Positions 30,524 through 40,823 are shown, numbered from the stretch's first letter. The stretch is 64,000 nt of DNA from Coprothermobacterota bacterium (GCA_037446255.1 JBBIIY010000001.1:10550-74549), one strand, 5' to 3'. Made by a program: numbers and translations. The notes: generated by a model not told the origin, from the sequence alone.

Positions 30524-31756
30524 ATGAAAATTAAGACTGCGTTTATTTCTTTGCAACTTCTGGCAGTTGGGTACAGCAGCATAGCTGTTATTTCCAAAGC
30601 TATGGGTATTCCCACAAACCTGGCGCTTCTGGGCGCGGGATTAGCTACTTTTATTATGTTTTTTGTAAGTAGAGGCAAAGCTCCAATTTTTATGGGAGTT
30701 TCTTTTGCTTACATTGCCCTGATTAGTTCTATACGAATAGAATTACCTACTGGTGGTGTAGCTTTTGCCGTTATGATTTCCGCTCTTGCTTACTTTGTAA
30801 TGAGCTTTTTAATAAAATTAATCAGACTATATAGAATTCCCAGATACTTCCCACCGGTGGTGGTCGGTCCTATAATCGTATTGGTAGGACTTAATTTATT
30901 ACCCAATATTTCTGCCAATATATCTACTGATTTGACCTTATCCTTGATAACCATTTTATCCGTCGTAGTTTTAAGTTACAGAAAAGAAACCAGACCTTAT
31001 TCTTTAATATTAGGAATAGTCGTAGGTATAATTGCTGGTATGTTTAGAGGTAATATAGACCTTACCAGGTTTACTAACGCTTCTATGTTTTCTTTTCCTG
31101 AATTTATTTACCCTACTTTTCAAATTCGTGCTTTCTGGTGGATATTGCCCGGTGTTATTGCAGCTATGATTGACCATATCGGTCAGATTTTTGCTGTCAG
31201 CCAAGTAGTAGAAAAAGATGTTTTCATTGAACCCGGGCTTAGTAACACTTTCCTGGCGAATGGTATTGCTAATCTGGTAGTTGGCTTGGTAGGTTCTCCC
31301 CCGGTAACACCATATGGACAGATTACAGGTTCAATGGCACTTTTAGATGAGAAAAAACCTCTACCAATTTTAATAACTGCAGGATTAATTATTTTATTAG
31401 CTTTTTCTGGAAAACTGGAAGCCCTGGTTGGAGCAATGCCTATTTCCGTTATGAGTAGCATATTGATGATTGCAGTTGGTTTAATTATTGTTTTAGGTTT
31501 TAAAATTATGATAACCGGTGATGTTGATTTCTCTCAAGCTAAAAACTTGTTAATTCCCGTTGTAATCATCGGGTTGGGATTAATGCCTGGTGATATCCTG
31601 GTGTTTGGCCAGAGAACCATGTACGAAGGTGGAATTTTCCTTGGTGGATTTAAAGTGTCAATTATGGCTCTGGCTTCTTTCACTGGAGTCGTATTGAATC
31701 TGCTATTCATTTTGCTTGAGGATGCTATGACAAAAAGGAGTAAGCAAGTGAAATGA
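30524..31756 (+). CDS. NCS2-family nucleobase (uracil/xanthine-type) permease
   Basis: 410-aa polytopic membrane protein with NCS2-like segments and a good ribosome-binding site. Family assignment is by pattern, not search. Confidence 0.55.
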   Translation: MKIKTAFISLQLLAVGYSSIAVISKAMGIPTNLALLGAGLATFIMFFVSRGKAPIFMGVSFAYIALISSIRIELPTGGVAFAVMISALAYFVMSFLIKLIRLYRIPRYFPPVVVGPIIVLVGLNLLPNISANISTDLTLSLITILSVVVLSYRKETRPYSLILGIVVGIIAGMFRGNIDLTRFTNASMFSFPEFIYPTFQIRAFWWILPGVIAAMIDHIGQIFAVSQVVEKDVFIEPGLSNTFLANGIANLVVGLVGSPPVTPYGQITGSMALLDEKKPLPILITAGLIILLAFSGKLEALVGAMPISVMSSILMIAVGLIIVLGFKIMITGDVDFSQAKNLLIPVVIIGLGLMPGDILVFGQRTMYEGGIFLGGFKVSIMALASFTGVVLNLLFILLEDAMTKRSKQVK

Positions 31757-33195
31757 AGAATGAAACAAGAGAAATCTTAGGATATCTCTCTCTCCCCGGT
31801 ATAGATTATGCTGATGTGAGGATAGTCCGTAGGGAGATTGAGAGAATTAAAGTAAAGAATCAAAAAGTAGAAACAGCCTCCTCTATTGTTGATTATGGCT
31901 ACGGTATCAGGGTTCTGTTTAAAGGAGCTTGGGGTTTTAGCTCATCATCTCTTTTTGGTAGTGAAGGCTTTAGAAAAACAGCTGAAGAAGCTTTCAATAT
32001 CGCCCGTGCTTCCAGGATGGTAAAAGATAGGGAAACTATTTTAGCTCCCACTGAAGTTATAAATGATAGATGGGTAGCCAACTATGAGAAAGACCCCTTC
32101 AAAATTCCCCTCAACGAAAAAGTTATGTTGTTAATGGAAGCTGAAAAATTACTTCATACTTCTGAAGATATCAAGATTGGAGAGGCTTCTATGGAGTTTT
32201 TCAAAGAAGATAAATCCTTTGCTTCTTCCGAAGGGTCATACATTGAACAATCATTTATTGAAAGTGGCGCGGGAGTTACGGCTCTAGCCATTAAAAATGG
32301 AGAAGTACAAAAAAGAAGCTATCCCAGTTCCTTTGGTGGAGACTATAGAAAAGCTGGGTGGGAGTTTATAGAGGGGTTAAATTTACCAGAAAATGCTACC
32401 CGAGTTGGAGAAGAAGCTTCTCAACTACTTTACGCTCCTCCGGTACCTGCAGTAGTATCCACTCTTATTCTGGATGGTACTCAGATGACCTTGCAAATCC
32501 ATGAATCCTGCGGTCACCCAACTGAATTAGACCGGGTTATGGGGAGTGAAGCAAGTTATGCTGGTACAAGTTTTTTAACCCCTGATAAATTGAATAACTT
32601 TCAATATGGGTCGTCCCTGGTAAATCTATATCAAGATGCTACAGAACCTTATGGACTGGGAAGCTATGCTTACGATGATGAAGGAATTAAAGCCCGGAAA
32701 ACCTATCTGGTAAAATCAGGGCAGTTTGTTGGTTACCTAACTTCCAGGGAAACAGCTATGATTTTGAAGCAGAATAGTAACGCTACCATGAGGGCTGATG
32801 GTTGGAATAGACTTCCCCTCATCAGGATGACCAATATAAACATTGAGCCAGGAGATAAAACCCTGGGAGAACTTATCGGTGAAGTTGACAATGGTTTTTA
32901 TATGCTAACCAATAAATCCTGGTCCATAGACGATAAACGGTTAAATTTCCAGTTTGGTTGCGAAATTGCTTATGAAATAAAAGATGGAAAATTGGGAAAA
33001 ATACACAAAAATCCTACCTATACCGGTATCACCTATGAATTCTGGAGAAATATGGATGCTCTGTGTAATTCAGATTATTTCAGAGTTTGGGGTTTACCTA
33101 ATTGTGGTAAGGGAGAACCTCCCCAAACCGCCAGAGTTGGACATGGTACAGTTCCCGCAAGGTTTCGGAATGTGCGAATGGGGGTAGTCAAATGA
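31753..33195 (+). CDS. tldD: TldD-family metalloprotease
   Basis: 480 aa with HESCGHPTELD (HExxxH) and a C-terminal GxC motif. ATGA overlap with the upstream gene. Confidence 0.85.
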   Translation: MKNETREILGYLSLPGIDYADVRIVRREIERIKVKNQKVETASSIVDYGYGIRVLFKGAWGFSSSSLFGSEGFRKTAEEAFNIARASRMVKDRETILAPTEVINDRWVANYEKDPFKIPLNEKVMLLMEAEKLLHTSEDIKIGEASMEFFKEDKSFASSEGSYIEQSFIESGAGVTALAIKNGEVQKRSYPSSFGGDYRKAGWEFIEGLNLPENATRVGEEASQLLYAPPVPAVVSTLILDGTQMTLQIHESCGHPTELDRVMGSEASYAGTSFLTPDKLNNFQYGSSLVNLYQDATEPYGLGSYAYDDEGIKARKTYLVKSGQFVGYLTSRETAMILKQNSNATMRADGWNRLPLIRMTNINIEPGDKTLGELIGEVDNGFYMLTNKSWSIDDKRLNFQFGCEIAYEIKDGKLGKIHKNPTYTGITYEFWRNMDALCNSDYFRVWGLPNCGKGEPPQTARVGHGTVPARFRNVRMGVVK

Positions 33196-34532
33196 TTGGT
33201 GAAAGGAAGTTAAGGGAGATAGGTTTAAAAGCTTTAGAATTTGCTGGTAAAGCAGATTTAAAAGTAACAATATTATCTAATGTTTCTAACCTTACCCGTT
33301 TTGCCAGGGGAGAAATACATCAGAATGTTTCAGAAAACAATACTGAACTAACTTTATCTTACATTCAAGACCAAAAAATGGGAATTACTTCTACCAACGA
33401 CACTTCTGACCTGGGTATTGAAAAAGCATTGTTAAATGCCAGGATGATTGCCCAGTTAATGCCTGTAAACCCTGACCTGCCAGACTTACCTGATCCACAG
33501 GTTTACCATATTGTTAATTCAGTGTCCGAGTCCACCCTTAAGGCAACTCCAGAAGATAGGGCTGTAATTGTCCGTCGGGTAGTTCAGGATGCTAAAGCCC
33601 GCTGTGTTGAATCTTATGGAGCGCTTACCACTGAGGCTTCAGAAATGTGCATTATGAATACCAAAGGATTGCAGGCGTATTTTCCATATACCAAATCTGA
33701 GTTCAGGATTATTTGTCTTCAAGACGGCGGTAGTGGGTATGGCGAAACAGTTAATGCAGGTTTAGACAAGCTTGATATTTTTAAAATATCTGACGAAGCG
33801 ATAACTACCTGCCTGGAAACTTTAAATCCCCAATCTATTGAAGCAGGAGAGTATGATGTAATTATCAAACCTTATGCTACTGCTGATATGTTGCAGATGT
33901 TGTCTTCCTTAAGCTTTAACGGTAAGGCTGCTGAAGAAGGACGCTCCTACATCAAAATGAAGATGGAACAGCAGGTAACCTCACCCCTGATTACTATATA
34001 CGATGATAATCAAGACCCTCTGGGCATGCCTATTCCTTTTGATTTTGAAGGTTTAGCCAAGAAAAAAATCCCGCTGATAGAGAAGGGCATAGCTAAAGGT
34101 CTGGTTTATGATTCATTTACGGCGAAAAAAGCCGGTGTAGTATCAACCGGGCACAATTTACCAGCTACCTTTGCTTACTATGGGGCACTACCTTTCAACC
34201 TGTTTATGGATGCAGGTGAATTTAGTCTGGAAGAAATGATTAAGTCAGTGGAAAAAGGAATATTTGTCAACCGCTTCCACTATACTAACCCTATTGACCC
34301 GGTAAGAGTGGTTATTACGGGAATGACCCGAGATGGAACCTTCTTGATAGAAAATGGCAGGATTGTAAAACCGATAAAAAACCTTCGGTTTACTCAATCC
34401 TATTTTGAAGCCCTGGAAAAGGTGGAGATGGTTGGAAAAGAACGAAGTTTGATACCCTTATGGTTTGGGGCTTCTTTCGTACCGGCGCTTAAGATTAAAG
34501 GGTTTAGATTCACCGGTGTAACCGAGTTTTAA
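33192..34532 (+). CDS. pmbA: TldE/PmbA-family protein
   Basis: 446-aa TldD paralog lacking HExxxH, translationally coupled to tldD. Confidence 0.8.
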   Translation: MIGERKLREIGLKALEFAGKADLKVTILSNVSNLTRFARGEIHQNVSENNTELTLSYIQDQKMGITSTNDTSDLGIEKALLNARMIAQLMPVNPDLPDLPDPQVYHIVNSVSESTLKATPEDRAVIVRRVVQDAKARCVESYGALTTEASEMCIMNTKGLQAYFPYTKSEFRIICLQDGGSGYGETVNAGLDKLDIFKISDEAITTCLETLNPQSIEAGEYDVIIKPYATADMLQMLSSLSFNGKAAEEGRSYIKMKMEQQVTSPLITIYDDNQDPLGMPIPFDFEGLAKKKIPLIEKGIAKGLVYDSFTAKKAGVVSTGHNLPATFAYYGALPFNLFMDAGEFSLEEMIKSVEKGIFVNRFHYTNPIDPVRVVITGMTRDGTFLIENGRIVKPIKNLRFTQSYFEALEKVEMVGKERSLIPLWFGASFVPALKIKGFRFTGVTEF

Positions 34533-34557
34533 TAAAAAACAGAAGTATGATCCACAG

Positions 34558-34590
34558 AAAAGGGGGTTTTTTTAAGAAAGCCCCCTTTTT
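34558..34590. terminator. Bidirectional Rho-independent terminator between convergent pmbA and SpoIID-like genes
   Basis: aaaaggggg (34558-34566) pairs with ccccctttt (34581-34589). T-runs follow on both strands. Confidence 0.6.
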
Positions 34591-34591
34591 A

Positions 34592-36193
34592 TTAATACCT
34601 TTTGGTAACTATAGTTCCTGGGTAGAAATTTTGCAGGATTCTTTCAAAATTCCAACCGTTTTGAGCCAGTCCATGCGCACCCCATTGTGACATACCCACT
34701 CCATGTCCCCAACCCCTACCTGAAACTGTCATACTTTGCCATCTAACGGGGATATTTGTTTGGGATTCCCGACCTTGAATAACGATAGCCTGGTTGCTTC
34801 CTATAGCTGAAAAATCAAGTAAATCTCCCAGTCTAGCTTCTACTACACTATTAGAACCGTTAATGGTAAAAACCTTTCTGCCAGGACCCCCATCAAACTC
34901 AAAGTAAGCCCAGGTCTCTTTAAGGTTGAGAGCAGATTTTAAGAAGTTCCCACTTACCTCTACATTCCCCCTATCGCCAATAATCTTAGCATTGAGAATT
35001 CTCGGAGATTGGCCCCTTCTTAATACCTGAATATCTCTTATGCTACCTACCGAGGAGATACCCCTCTCCATTAGAAGCCGGTTAAGCAAATCGCTTGTTT
35101 GCGATAAGGTCAATTTTTTAACCCATTCAAAGTGAGGAGATGCGGTTTCATAAGGACTATCAACAGCAACTAAATAAGGAATTGCTGAACCACCCCAAAC
35201 ATTTTCAATATTTTCTGTTTTTCCCCCTGAGGTGGAATGATAAAAGGTATTTGCCAAATTTCCATTATGATTCAATACCATTCCATAAGTGTCTTTTAAA
35301 GCCTGCGTAGAGTTAGGTTTTTCAGCTGTAACTCCCCCATATACCTGGCTGTTAGAGGTAGCGCATAAATCATAGCCTTCTTTTTGGAATCTGCCAAAAT
35401 TTCTCAGAGCGTAGGTTCTGGCTGCTATGGCTTGGGCTTTCAAAGCTTCAATATTAAAAGAATCAGGCATTTCCGAAGGAACCACTCCCAACAAGTAATC
35501 TTCTATAGGTAGCTCATTAATTACCTGGAAATCTTCCTGCGAAGGGGACCAGAATATTCCGAAAGAGCCTCTAAATGTTTTTGTACCATAATTAACGAGT
35601 CCGGAACCAAAAGCTTTTACATTTATAATTTTTGATAAAGGGGCACTATCAAAGGTCGGGTAAAATATTTCAAACTCAGGGTGTTTTATTAACACCCCTT
35701 TCTTCAAAGTAGGAAGAATTACTGTACCCGAAAAATGCGCTTCCAGTTGAAGACGGAAAATTTCAGCTTCCAGGATATCCTGAAACCTGCCAATCTCGAT
35801 AATATAGGTGGGTATAGAAGTAAAAGCGATGATATTGCCCTGGTAACCTAAATCCCTTATTTTAATAAGAGCTTTCAAGGCTCCATCTTCATTTTCATAA
35901 GGGAAAAGGCCTAATCTAACAAAAGGGCCTACCACTACAGAAAAAGTTGATTGGTTTCTTTGGTTTATTTGAATTGTTAACCTGTCTGATTCTTTGAGTA
36001 GAGAATTCTCCTGGCTCATAAGGATTTCCATGAAATAAATGCCTTGACTTATAGAAAGATTTGTGGAAGTCTGCCTTATAGCCAATCCTATCTTGATATC
36101 TGGATTAGCACTCGCTTGACTTGCTGCCAAAGTCCAAATAGTGAAAATAAAAAGGGTTAGGGTGATAGTCTTACGTATCCAGAATGAACCCAT
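34592..36193 (-). CDS. SpoIID/LytB-domain protein (peptidoglycan-remodelling amidase enhancer)
   Basis: Signal peptide plus a SpoIID domain (LEDYLLGVVPSEMPDSFNIEALKAQAIAARTYAL) and a conserved C-terminal GHGVGMSQWGA. 533 aa. Confidence 0.8.
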   Translation of the reverse strand: MGSFWIRKTITLTLFIFTIWTLAASQASANPDIKIGLAIRQTSTNLSISQGIYFMEILMSQENSLLKESDRLTIQINQRNQSTFSVVVGPFVRLGLFPYENEDGALKALIKIRDLGYQGNIIAFTSIPTYIIEIGRFQDILEAEIFRLQLEAHFSGTVILPTLKKGVLIKHPEFEIFYPTFDSAPLSKIINVKAFGSGLVNYGTKTFRGSFGIFWSPSQEDFQVINELPIEDYLLGVVPSEMPDSFNIEALKAQAIAARTYALRNFGRFQKEGYDLCATSNSQVYGGVTAEKPNSTQALKDTYGMVLNHNGNLANTFYHSTSGGKTENIENVWGGSAIPYLVAVDSPYETASPHFEWVKKLTLSQTSDLLNRLLMERGISSVGSIRDIQVLRRGQSPRILNAKIIGDRGNVEVSGNFLKSALNLKETWAYFEFDGGPGRKVFTINGSNSVVEARLGDLLDFSAIGSNQAIVIQGRESQTNIPVRWQSMTVSGRGWGHGVGMSQWGAHGLAQNGWNFERILQNFYPGTIVTKRY

Positions 36194-36618
36194 CCTTCTC
36201 TACCATCCTTAAGCCTTATTTGAAGCCAATCTCCTTCTTTTTTAATGACCGTAAACTCTGTCCCCAGAGTTAGAGTTCTGATTATAGCGAAGTTAGTACC
36301 CGGTCCTGACCTCATATTTAACGATGAGGAAGTAACTACTCCAGTTTGGGTGGAGGTGGTTGGCTTACCGGTCAGGGTAGCTATTTGTTTTTTAAGGTTA
36401 GCAATCTCTTCCAACATAACTTTATTCTGGGTTTTAAGAAGGTTAATTTCTTTCATTAAATCATTAAATTTGCTATCTACATAGGATTTGGTTACTATAG
36501 GGTCGCTACTTGACCCTGGAGGTGTAGTTTGGGCTATCAGCAAGTCATTTATTCCGACTGCTGTTAAAGAAGCTATGGTAGATATTAAAATAACCAGTAA
36601 AACTATCTTTATCTTCAT
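36157..36618 (-). CDS. Secreted coiled-coil plus bacterial SH3 (SH3b) domain protein
   Basis: Signal peptide, a coiled-coil (LLKTQNKVMLEEIANLKKQIATL), and C-terminal SH3_3-like LNMRSGPGTNFAIIRTLTLGTEFTVIKKEGDWLQI...GWVHSGYV. Overlaps the downstream SpoIID gene by 37 nt. Confidence 0.7.
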   Translation of the reverse strand: MKIKIVLLVILISTIASLTAVGINDLLIAQTTPPGSSSDPIVTKSYVDSKFNDLMKEINLLKTQNKVMLEEIANLKKQIATLTGKPTTSTQTGVVTSSSLNMRSGPGTNFAIIRTLTLGTEFTVIKKEGDWLQIRLKDGREGWVHSGYVRLSP

Positions 36619-36835
36619 AAAAAACCTCCTTTTTACAAGGTAATTAATTTTACTTGCTTTAGGCTATTCAGTCAACCAGTTTTGAATTTTTATAGGTAGC
36701 GTTTATGAAAGGAGTGTGATTTAAAATAACCTTCTGACGAATTTAGAGTTGAAAGGTTTGTTTTACAGGTTAATAAGTAATTGAAAAAGTAAATTATAAT
36801 ATAATTAAGTTATAAACATTAATGGTGCTATTTTT

Positions 36836-37537
36836 ATGATGAGTAATAAGGGACTAAAACTATTCATACCTCTGCTTATTATTATAGGGGTCATATTAAG
36901 CTCAACTTATTTGGTTGCTCTTAATCCGTTATTATATATAAGCGGATTAAATAAATACAACACACTGGAACAGGTCGGATTGTCTAAAACAGTAAAACCC
37001 ATTGAAATATATAATTCCCTGATTAGATTCTTCTTTTCTGTTCGTAACCCCTCTGTTTTTTCTGTAAAAACTAATGCTGGTTTCATATCTTTATTTAATA
37101 GTAAGGAAATAATCCACTTGCAGGATGTTAGAATTTTATTACTTCTGGGGATAGTAGTTTTACTCCTGATTACAGCAGCTTTATATTATCTTTTAAGAAA
37201 AATAGATATTAAGTTAAGATATAATCTTCTTTCCTTTGGTAGTGTCTGCAGTTTTAGTGTTCTTCTTTGTCTGGGCATCCTTATTTACTGTTTTTTTGAC
37301 GGGGCTTTTACGTTTTTTCACGAGATTCTTTTTTGGAACGACTTCTGGCTTCTGGACCCTGCTACCGACATTATGGTTATTATTTTCAACGAAAACTTCT
37401 TTTTTGATACCTTTCTTTACATCTGGATTATCAGTTTGCTTATCTCTCTGGTTGCCTTTTCTATAACCTCTTTTGGAAGTAAGTTTATTCTCAAACTCCA
37501 GGGTAACTCCATTTTCAGTAATAACCAGAGAAGCTGA
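36836..37537 (+). CDS. Hypothetical polytopic membrane protein (possibly TIGR01906-like)
   Basis: 233 aa, hydrophobic throughout. The last 108 codons lie antisense to the Lys-rich C-terminal tail of topB, so the true stop is uncertain. Confidence 0.4.
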   Translation: MMSNKGLKLFIPLLIIIGVILSSTYLVALNPLLYISGLNKYNTLEQVGLSKTVKPIEIYNSLIRFFFSVRNPSVFSVKTNAGFISLFNSKEIIHLQDVRILLLLGIVVLLLITAALYYLLRKIDIKLRYNLLSFGSVCSFSVLLCLGILIYCFFDGAFTFFHEILFWNDFWLLDPATDIMVIIFNENFFFDTFLYIWIISLLISLVAFSITSFGSKFILKLQGNSIFSNNQRS

Positions 37538-39556
37538 ATATTTTTTTCCTGCTCTGGAGGTAAACCATATAGGTCCAATCTTTTTATTTTCCAATAATTT
37601 TTCTGCTTCTTTGGAAGATATGGTTCTACCAAAACTTCTTTTCCAGATCGTCATCTTACAACCTTCCTTGTATCCTTCACAAGCATAAGCTAAACGATTT
37701 TCTTTTATATTTTTCCCGCATAGGGGACAAGAAATTCCCAGGGTTACCCTACTGGTTACCGTAAGCGAAGAACTGGTTTCGGAGACTTTAATACCTTCAA
37801 CCATATTCATAACAAACTCTTTAATATCTTTCATAAAAGCTTCTCTGGTTTCTTTTTCTTTCTCGATCAATTTAAGCCTGAATTCCCAATCAGCTGTAAG
37901 ATCTGGAGAAATCAAATCGGGATTTTCTTTTTCAATAACTTCCACGAACTCTTTACCCTTGGGGGTAATTTTTAATAAATTAGATTCTCTCTCTATGTAC
38001 CCATATAAAATCAGTTTGTCAATTATTTGTGCGCGAGTAGCTGGAGTGCCCAACCCCTTGTCTTTTAAAGCCTCTTTTAATTCTTCGTCATCTATTAGCT
38101 TCCCTGCAGTTTCTAAAATGGAAATAAGAGTGCCATCATTGTAGTGAGGGGGAGGTTGGGTAACTCCTTCTTCTATATAGGAATCTGTAACTTGTACAGG
38201 GTCACCCTTTTGTAATTTGAAAGCAATCTTGGTTTCTCCGGGAATTCTGTCATAAACTTCGGACCATCCGGGTTTAACCATCACTTTTTCCGAAGTAGTA
38301 AACAGCTCTTCCTTCACCAGGGTTTCTATGTAAACTTTTCGGTATAGGTCCGGTTTGTAAAAAGCAGCCAAGAATCTTCTTACGATAGCATCGTAAACTT
38401 TCTGTTCGTATATATTTAAGGTGCTTGAAACCGGTTTGGTTGAGGTAGGTACAATAGCATGATGGTCAGTTACCTTGCTGTCATTAAATATTCTAGTTTT
38501 AAGGTTGATTGCTTTTTCCAGTGGACTTAAATAAGGTGAATAAACAGAGTTCTTTAACGCTTTTAGTATTGCTGGTATCTCTTTGATATAGGATGCAGGG
38601 AGATATTTGCTGTCAGTTCTGGGGTAGGTTATCAGTTTCTTCGTTTCATAAAGACTTTGGGCGATTTTCAAGGTTCGGGAAGCGGAAAATCCAAATCTCT
38701 GGTTGGCTTCTTTTTGCAGGGCACCCAGGTCAAATAGCAGGGGAGCTAATACTTTTTCTTGAGTCTCTTTATATGTTTTTACAGTACCCCGGTTATTTTT
38801 TATTCGGGTATGTATTTCTTCTATGCGTTGTTTATCAAATGACCTGTCACCCTCAGGTCCCTGCCATTTTCCTTGATAAGAACCTTTATCAGCTGAAAAA
38901 TCTGCAAATAATTCGTAGAAAGTTTGTGGAGTAAAGGATTCTATCTCTCTGTCTCGCCTGGCAATAATTGCCAATGTAGGTGTTTGAACCCTGCCCACAG
39001 GAAGAAGAAGCTTGTGCTTTAAAGTAAAAGAACGGGACCCGTTGATACCCACCAACCAATCAGCTTCAGCACGACTTTTAGCAGCTAAAAATAAGGGGTC
39101 TAAAGTTTCCTGATTAATTAAATTTTTAAAAGATTCTGCTATAGATTCTTGAGTTAAGGCATTTAACCAGAGCCTTTTAACAGGGGTCTGGCATTGACTG
39201 TATTCGTATATATATCGGAAGATTAATTCTCCCTCTCTTCCCGAATCACAAGCATTTATTAACTGTTTAACATCTTTTTTCTTGATCAGTTTCAAAAGTA
39301 TATCCAGTTGTTTATGATTTTTGGATTTTATTTTAAAGACCTCGGGAATTATCGGAAGGGTTTTCCAGGACCACCTTTTAAGTTTCTTATCGTAGTCATC
39401 GGGGTTATAGAGCTCAATTAAGTGACCGGACGCCCAGGAAATAAAATAATCATTTCCCTGAAAAAAGCCATCCTTACTCTTTTCAAGTTTTAAAAAACGG
39501 GCAAGAGATACTGCCACGCTCATTTTTTCGGCGATAATCAGCGTATTCATTAGCAT
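37214..39556 (-). CDS. topB: DNA topoisomerase III
   Basis: N-terminal LIIAEKMSVA...WASGHL TOPRIM (TopB-type), a C-terminal Cys4 zinc ribbon (CPLCGK...CEGYKEGC), and a Lys-rich tail. 780 aa. Confidence 0.88.
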   Translation of the reverse strand: MLMNTLIIAEKMSVAVSLARFLKLEKSKDGFFQGNDYFISWASGHLIELYNPDDYDKKLKRWSWKTLPIIPEVFKIKSKNHKQLDILLKLIKKKDVKQLINACDSGREGELIFRYIYEYSQCQTPVKRLWLNALTQESIAESFKNLINQETLDPLFLAAKSRAEADWLVGINGSRSFTLKHKLLLPVGRVQTPTLAIIARRDREIESFTPQTFYELFADFSADKGSYQGKWQGPEGDRSFDKQRIEEIHTRIKNNRGTVKTYKETQEKVLAPLLFDLGALQKEANQRFGFSASRTLKIAQSLYETKKLITYPRTDSKYLPASYIKEIPAILKALKNSVYSPYLSPLEKAINLKTRIFNDSKVTDHHAIVPTSTKPVSSTLNIYEQKVYDAIVRRFLAAFYKPDLYRKVYIETLVKEELFTTSEKVMVKPGWSEVYDRIPGETKIAFKLQKGDPVQVTDSYIEEGVTQPPPHYNDGTLISILETAGKLIDDEELKEALKDKGLGTPATRAQIIDKLILYGYIERESNLLKITPKGKEFVEVIEKENPDLISPDLTADWEFRLKLIEKEKETREAFMKDIKEFVMNMVEGIKVSETSSSLTVTSRVTLGISCPLCGKNIKENRLAYACEGYKEGCKMTIWKRSFGRTISSKEAEKLLENKKIGPIWFTSRAGKKYSASLVITENGVTLEFENKLTSKRGYRKGNQRDKQTDNPDVKKGIKKEVFVENNNHNVGSRVQKPEVVPKKNLVKKRKSPVKKTVNKDAQTKKNTKTADTTKGKKIIS

Positions 39557-39611
39557 CTGTTAATTTATAGTATAATCATAGTATACAAGAAATTTTTTAT
39601 GGTGGTGCTAA

Positions 39612-40823
39612 TTGAATAAAAAATATATTATTATTGTCGCTTGTTTAACGGTTTTAATTTTGGTTTTAGCCGGAGGAGTGTATTACTTTGCGAGAATTAG
39701 CGGCTTACCCTTCTTACCTGTAGATAAAAATGGTCAGAATAATAAACCTTCTATAACAGATGAGTTAGTCATAGAAATACCACAAATTGAATCTCAGGGA
39801 GATAAGGGTGAGGTTGTCTATCAGGATGTCTGGGTAGATGGAGGGATTTCTCTTCCCAGTGGTGAAGCTAGTTATCTTTATTCACAGATAGCGAGCCGCT
39901 TCTATCATATTGATAAGTCAGGGACTATACTTTCGCTTAGAGCTCCAGGTAAAGGGGTTACTACGACCATTGCCAGTGATAAGATGGCTTTTAGCGGAGA
40001 AGATAGAAGTATTGGTATAGTTTCTAAGGATGGAGACCCTCTTTATTATGAGTTTATAGAAGAGACACCAAAATCGATAGTTTTTCAGGACGATGATATA
40101 CTTCTGGTTTCAGCAGAACTTGCTGATAAAAGCGCGGTTATTCATAAAATCAGTTCATCCCAGGCTAAAATCTTAGAAACTCTGAGATACACCGAAACAC
40201 CTTTCAAATTGAGTAAACATAGAGATGGTAATATTTACTATCTTGCTTCAACTGGGGTACACACTCTGGATAAGAAAAATGTTTATACCATAAAAAATGC
40301 GGTTGATTATCTTGTGCTTGATTCAAATGATATTATTGCGGTTACAGTTTCTGATGCAAATAGGGTTATTCTGGTTAGAAACGATAACCAATCATTGGAA
40401 ATAAAGGGTACTTTCCTCAGTCTTTATAAATCCTCCTTATCCGACCATTTTCTTATTTCTGCTTACCATTTAACCCCGGACCATAATGATATTCTCAGCC
40501 TGTATCTGGTTAGGAGTGGAAAAAAAATGGAAACAGTTTGGAGTTATCAAAACACTACCAATATATTACGAGGCCAAACAGTAACTGTTATGAAAAATGG
40601 TGAAATTGTTATCTCATCCCGAGGTGAAAAAGACAAAGAAACTGGCAACTTTATCTGGAATCTTAAAGCTTTTCAGATTACCCAGGATAACAAGGTTGAG
40701 AATATAGGAACCTATTCTTTGAAAACAATTCCTGTTCTTTCTCTCTTTCAATGGGGCGACCTTCTTGGGGTGGGTACTACCAAAGGAAAAGTTTTAAGAT
40801 TATCTATCAAATCTTTTGAATAA
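39612..40823 (+). CDS. Hypothetical membrane-anchored extracytoplasmic protein (403 aa)
   Basis: TTG start after ggtggtg. One N-terminal TM helix (IIIVACLTVLILVLAGGVYYF), then about 370 aa of beta-rich sequence with no recognisable motif. Confidence 0.5.
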   Translation: MNKKYIIIVACLTVLILVLAGGVYYFARISGLPFLPVDKNGQNNKPSITDELVIEIPQIESQGDKGEVVYQDVWVDGGISLPSGEASYLYSQIASRFYHIDKSGTILSLRAPGKGVTTTIASDKMAFSGEDRSIGIVSKDGDPLYYEFIEETPKSIVFQDDDILLVSAELADKSAVIHKISSSQAKILETLRYTETPFKLSKHRDGNIYYLASTGVHTLDKKNVYTIKNAVDYLVLDSNDIIAVTVSDANRVILVRNDNQSLEIKGTFLSLYKSSLSDHFLISAYHLTPDHNDILSLYLVRSGKKMETVWSYQNTTNILRGQTVTVMKNGEIVISSRGEKDKETGNFIWNLKAFQITQDNKVENIGTYSLKTIPVLSLFQWGDLLGVGTTKGKVLRLSIKSFE

